DNA of 64,000 nt from a virus (lineage: Duplodnaviria; Caudoviricetes): the IMG/VR virus record IMGVR_UViG_2531839301_000007, positions 1 through 64,000 of that record; one strand, 5' to 3'. The position numbers and the translations under genes are program-made. This document shows, piece after piece, positions 59,825 through 64,000 of this stretch. The notes beneath the pieces were generated by a model. The model had not been told where the DNA came from. It ran no database searches and saw only the letters and a program-made list of their open reading frames with translations. Each line of letters starts with the position of its first letter. The first letter of the stretch is position 1.

Positions 59825-60043
59825 TTATTCGTTATCTAATCCTATGCAAAACTCCTCTCTCGTCTCGTTCCCATAATTGGTATGTAGGGCATTGAGTGCA
59901 TTCGTGATTTTGTCCGCTTCATCTGCATATACTTCACAATCCCACCTAATTGTAGTTTTAGATGGTAACTTTATTACAGCAAGAAGTGTATCTAAATTGT
60001 CAACTGCTTCTTGAATCTTATCTAAGCATTCCTTTCGTGTCAT
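59825..60043 (-). CDS. Phage hypothetical protein
   Basis: Operon packing. Confidence 0.55.
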   Translation of the reverse strand: MTRKECLDKIQEAVDNLDTLLAVIKLPSKTTIRWDCEVYADEADKITNALNALHTNYGNETREEFCIGLDNE

Positions 60044-60063
60044 AAATGTTCCTTTCTATCTTG

Positions 60064-60468
60064 TTATACGTTAAACACTTTCTTAGCCATATCAATGACC
60101 TTATCAAACTCTCGATTAAATTCATCTATGCTAATTCTTTCACCAAGAGAATGAACGAATTTAGAATAATGCGGGTCAATGCTAATAATGCCATCCTTGC
60201 ATACTTGAAATTTTAAAGTTTCACATCTAGCTAGTACATTGTCATTTTTTAAACCACCGATGTACAAATCATTAGGAGTTAGAGAAGTAATTTTAAAATA
60301 AGTGTACCAGTAGTCTGATTCTTTCTCTGGGCAGCTATACGAATTTCTGTACTTATAACATGTTCCGATTAATTCCTTAAATTTAGGATATTCAGCATTT
60401 ATCATTGCCTGCCGTTCCTGTTCTTCGATATCGGCTAATGCTTTCATTAGTTCTTCTTTCTTGCTCAT
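60064..60468 (-). CDS. Phage hypothetical protein
   Basis: Operon packing. Confidence 0.6.
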   Translation of the reverse strand: MSKKEELMKALADIEEQERQAMINAEYPKFKELIGTCYKYRNSYSCPEKESDYWYTYFKITSLTPNDLYIGGLKNDNVLARCETLKFQVCKDGIISIDPHYSKFVHSLGERISIDEFNREFDKVIDMAKKVFNV

Positions 60469-60516
60469 ATCTTTCTTGTTTTATGCAAATCCTTCAAGAA
60501 CTTGCAAGGTTTTACT

Positions 60517-60999
60517 CTAATTGATTCGTACATACTTACCTGCGATATCGCAAGTTCTTAATATCTCTGCATTATTTTCTCCAAAGGCTATTAGGATACT
60601 GCCGCAACCGGGCGAATCTCCACGAGTCCCATCAGGTCGGAAGAACCTAATCCGGTTACGCAAAAACTTCATCGCTGTTGCCTTCTCGAATATTATGTCT
60701 TGAAACATCTTTGAATCACAACGATTAAAGAGTAATGCAATTCCGTTTCCATGCTCCGCCATCCGTTTTATAAACTGTTCAATAAGCGGACGGGAATAAG
60801 GAGGATTAAGCCATACTCTGCCAAACCATTCTTTTGATAAGCCATCATCATTCTTGTTATACATTCGTGTAGCTGTTTGCCAAAGCGGTTTAACCGGAGC
60901 GCATGGATCTAAATCAAACTTTCCCAATGCGTCTATTATTTCCTTCGGAGTGTACCATTCGTCAGTAGCACAAGCCGAACGTTCAAATCTTGTATTCAT
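60517..60999 (-). CDS. Phage Dam-type N6-adenine DNA methyltransferase
   Basis: DEWYTP, FDLDPCA, VWLNPPY. Confidence 0.88.
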   Translation of the reverse strand: MNTRFERSACATDEWYTPKEIIDALGKFDLDPCAPVKPLWQTATRMYNKNDDGLSKEWFGRVWLNPPYSRPLIEQFIKRMAEHGNGIALLFNRCDSKMFQDIIFEKATAMKFLRNRIRFFRPDGTRGDSPGCGSILIAFGENNAEILRTCDIAGKYVRIN

Positions 61000-62102
61000 T
61001 ATTCTTTTGTTGTTTGCAATTTAGACAACCAATATTCCCAAATCCGTTGTGCTATTTGAGCCATCATTACAGGAGGAACAGACATTCCCATGATATATCC
61101 GGGATTCATCTGTAGAAAGTTGTAATCTGACGGAAAGCTGCTTATTAGCAGCCATTCTCTTTTGGAAAGTAATCGCTTTTCATCAAATATAACATAGCAC
61201 GCGTTATCGACATGTGCAGCAAGAGTTCCACAAACTTCATCTTTGTATAGATACATATAACTGAATGCCTTTCTTTTTCCTGTAACTCTTTGATAAGTTT
61301 CTCCCATACATTTCTCACCAAACTTCTTTAAATCCCATCCTTCGCTTACAATACGTGTCATTGATTTCATGGGGATGTCCTTCGGTTTATATATTTCTTT
61401 AAAGGGAGTTTTGGGTTCGTCAAAATCCAATTTTATATATGGCTCAACATTAAATAAGTCTGAAACCTTTAAGAAATTGATACCTAAATCATGTCTGATA
61501 CAAATAAAAAACACTCTTTCTCTTGATTGAGGTACGCCCATATTTTCGGAATTAAGCAAAAAGTGTTGGCAGTAATATCCTGCTTTATCAAACTCTTTAT
61601 ATATCTTTATTACATAGTTAATTGCTGTTCCAATCAATAATCCTTTCACGTTTTCAGCTACAACAACTTTAGGCTTTAATTCTTTTGTTAAGTCTATAAA
61701 ATCAAAGAACAAAGTATCAAGAATCTGCTTGGATTGACCTTCACGGAATTTCTTTTCTTTTCTCCAATCGCTTTCCCTATTGCCAGCTATGGAAAATGTG
61801 GAACATGGAGGACTGCCATCTAAAATATTCAGATTGTATAACTCATGCGGCAATGCCTTCTCTTTGGCTTTTGTGACAAGTTTTCGTATATCACAATTGA
61901 AGTTCAGTCTTGGATGATGGTTTTCAACATAGACTTCATTAATTTTAGGGTCTATTTCGTTGCAACCAATAACATCAAATCCTGCAAGTTTATACCCCAT
62001 CGTACTACCACCTCCACATGCGAAGCAGGAGAAAACAGTTCCTTTATCTTTTGTGAAAATACTATTCTTTAAAGTCCAATTAAATGGGAATTTACATTTC
62101 AT
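60999..62102 (-). CDS. DNA cytosine-5 methyltransferase
   Basis: FACGGG, DGSPPCS, AENV, QSRERVF motifs. Confidence 0.92.
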   Translation of the reverse strand: MKCKFPFNWTLKNSIFTKDKGTVFSCFACGGGSTMGYKLAGFDVIGCNEIDPKINEVYVENHHPRLNFNCDIRKLVTKAKEKALPHELYNLNILDGSPPCSTFSIAGNRESDWRKEKKFREGQSKQILDTLFFDFIDLTKELKPKVVVAENVKGLLIGTAINYVIKIYKEFDKAGYYCQHFLLNSENMGVPQSRERVFFICIRHDLGINFLKVSDLFNVEPYIKLDFDEPKTPFKEIYKPKDIPMKSMTRIVSEGWDLKKFGEKCMGETYQRVTGKRKAFSYMYLYKDEVCGTLAAHVDNACYVIFDEKRLLSKREWLLISSFPSDYNFLQMNPGYIMGMSVPPVMMAQIAQRIWEYWLSKLQTTKE

Positions 62103-62104
62103 GT

Positions 62105-62620
62105 TTATATTGTTATAGAGTTAGACGTTTGTAGATAATTAATCCTTCGTAGTTTATGGAAACGATAATATGCCGAAAGATTAAGTTTATCAATGAATTT
62201 GTTGTCAGCTTTGGTAGAGGACACCTTTTGAGCGGCTTTAGCTACATGGAAATAAATAATAGGTTCCGTATATCCATCTGCCCGGCGTGTTCCATTGATA
62301 GCATAAATAAGTCCGGCAAATTCAGGAACTTCTTCTGGCTTCACAAGTCCATCAGGAACTATGTAATAGAAGTAGTTGGTACGTCCACCAGCCAAAATGT
62401 TATCAAATTTGCTGTCCCCATTTTGATCTTGCTTCTTACTATCTTTGTGGAAATCACACCTACTGACTTTTACTTCATATTCATAAGTGAGCCGTGACCG
62501 GGTAACTTCTAAAAGGTCGGCTTCCCATTTTTCAACGAAAACATTTGGGTATATTTTGTTTCCCTTTCTATCCCGGAAGACAAGCTCACAGAATCCATTA
62601 ATAATATCGGCTGTTTTCAT
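62105..62620 (-). CDS. MmcB-like PD-(D/E)XK nuclease
   Basis: WEADLL...YEYEVKVSRCDF...NYFYYIVP. Confidence 0.65.
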   Translation of the reverse strand: MKTADIINGFCELVFRDRKGNKIYPNVFVEKWEADLLEVTRSRLTYEYEVKVSRCDFHKDSKKQDQNGDSKFDNILAGGRTNYFYYIVPDGLVKPEEVPEFAGLIYAINGTRRADGYTEPIIYFHVAKAAQKVSSTKADNKFIDKLNLSAYYRFHKLRRINYLQTSNSITI

Positions 62621-63024
62621 TTCAGTTTACCAAACTGTTTATCAAGTTCATATTGGAAGAAGCCTAAAGCCTCTTCATACTCTTTTCCTTCAATATTAGA
62701 AAAATACATGGCACTACTAAAGGCTTTAAGTGCAGCTTCCTTTCCTTTCTTTATGTAATATTCAGCTTTTACAACCGCCTTTCTTTCAGTCTCTTCTTTT
62801 TGAAATTGTAGATGTCGGTCAATGGCACTACGTCCCCATTGGAATAGCTCTTCTTTATCTCCAAAAGTTTTTGATTCTTGCCAAACGATACGTTTTTCAG
62901 AAGAAAAAGCGTAAGCGGATATTCCTTTGTGTTTTTGTACGTGTACAACAATATCAAAACCTTTGTATTCTTCTTGCCAGCCGTAACCACCAAGAGAGAA
63001 AGGAAACTCATTTTTTTCGATCAT
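62617..63024 (-). CDS. Phage hypothetical protein
   Basis: Operon packing. Confidence 0.55.
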   Translation of the reverse strand: MIEKNEFPFSLGGYGWQEEYKGFDIVVHVQKHKGISAYAFSSEKRIVWQESKTFGDKEELFQWGRSAIDRHLQFQKEETERKAVVKAEYYIKKGKEAALKAFSSAMYFSNIEGKEYEEALGFFQYELDKQFGKLK

Positions 63025-64000
63025 AAAGCCTTAATGTTTATCAATGGTCGAATCGTATCAATTATATCAACGGTAGGTTCAATAAGCTCTTTGATTTCAT
63101 CCGTATTTTTGTATGCCATAGGACTTTCGTCTATTGTTCCTTCACATACGGATGTAGAATATACTTCAACCATTCTTTCTTTGAATGTCTCCATTGATAA
63201 TTTCTCTTTGGCAAAAGACCGGGAGAATAAACGTCCGGCTCCATGTGGTGCAGAGTAATTCCAATCAGGATTTCCCTTACCGCGACAAAGTAATATACCG
63301 TCAGCCATATTCATAGGAATAACTACTATTTCATTCTCATGTGCAGATATGGCACCTTTACGAATAATAAGGTCATCAAAGTTGATATAATTATGCACCG
63401 TTTCGATGGTAGACGAAGTTTTCCAGCCCAATGCATGGGAGATACGATTGATAATTGTCTGCCGATTTAATGAAGCGTATGTTTGCGCTATTGACATATC
63501 AAATAGATAATTATACATTGCAGTATCAGACAAATATCCATTTCTAATAGAAAATTCTTCTTTAATCCGTTTTATCTCTTCCTGAAGACGCTGTGGTGGA
63601 ACAGTTTTCTTGATCTCTTCCAATTCCGAGGAAAAAGCCCTCTTGTCAAACTTCGCTAATTTGGCGTAATACTTACAAACTTTCACACCAAAGTTTCGAG
63701 AACCTGAATGAATAGTTAGATATATACAATTATTTGCATCTTTTCCTATCTCAATAAAGTGATTTCCACCACCCAAAGAGCCGATTGAATTGTAGAATAC
63801 CTTTTCATTCATACCTACCTTTTTGCATAGTTTGGTTATATATGATTCATCGACATAAGGCGGCTCCGGGAACATCCCCTCTCGATGAAAAGATAGATTA
63901 ATGTTTGCTTTGTCGAAGAATGACTGCTTTTCGGATTCTGTGATAGATTCACTATTAATGTCAAATCCCATTGGAACAACGTTTCTGATAGTTCTATCAA
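63021..64000 (-). CDS. rtcB: RtcB-family RNA ligase (5' end off-window)
   Basis: SLGGGNHFIE, HSGSRNFG, HNY, RKGA, SAPHGAGR. Confidence 0.93.
   Translation of the reverse strand, partial: DRTIRNVVPMGFDINSESITESEKQSFFDKANINLSFHREGMFPEPPYVDESYITKLCKKVGMNEKVFYNSIGSLGGGNHFIEIGKDANNCIYLTIHSGSRNFGVKVCKYYAKLAKFDKRAFSSELEEIKKTVPPQRLQEEIKRIKEEFSIRNGYLSDTAMYNYLFDMSIAQTYASLNRQTIINRISHALGWKTSSTIETVHNYINFDDLIIRKGAISAHENEIVVIPMNMADGILLCRGKGNPDWNYSAPHGAGRLFSRSFAKEKLSMETFKERMVEVYSTSVCEGTIDESPMAYKNTDEIKELIEPTVDIIDTIRPLINIKAL

Larger units (their letters stand above)
20455..64000. mobile_element. Siphovirus-type prophage (partial; runs off the right edge)
   Basis: Terminase, portal, capsid, tail tube, tape measure and lysis genes; no tail sheath gene. 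Confidence 0.95.

Noticed and set aside
1-64000. CRISPR array, rRNA, invertible shufflon, IS elements
   Set aside because: No regularly spaced repeats, rRNA-like sequence, invertase with repeats or transposase seen on manual reading.

Overview
Two mobile elements from a Bacteroidales host, judged from TAnnTTTG promoters and CTn-type tra genes. (1) Positions 1 to about 20,300, minus strand: one end of an integrative conjugative element. It runs tyrosine integrase, hypothetical, HTH excisionase, AAA ATPase, DNA primase, then a tra operon (two traE, traF, traG, traJ-like, traK, traL-like, traM) with three DNA methyltransferases inserted among the tra genes. (2) About 20,450 to 64,000: a long-tailed siphovirus-type prophage. 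It has an inverted terL-portal-gp7 module, a Com-like zinc finger, a six-tRNA array, head and tail genes, a 1924-aa tape measure, a moron/antirepressor insert, a diversity-generating retroelement (DGR), lysis genes, and an opposite-strand arm with MazG-like, PAPS-reductase-like, Dam, 5mC methyltransferase, MmcB-like and RtcB genes. The standout observation is the DGR reverse transcriptase. It is split over three reading frames by two short inserts (37 and 52 nt), each bracketed by matched GGA glycine codons. Skipping from GGA to GGA rebuilds a seamless 328-aa DGR RT core, as in T4 gene 60 translational bypassing, and the VR/TR pair shows adenine-only mutagenesis. The mechanism is inference: bypassing, +1 frameshifting, a split enzyme and decay all remain possible. 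All product names come from motif recognition by eye; no database searches were run.
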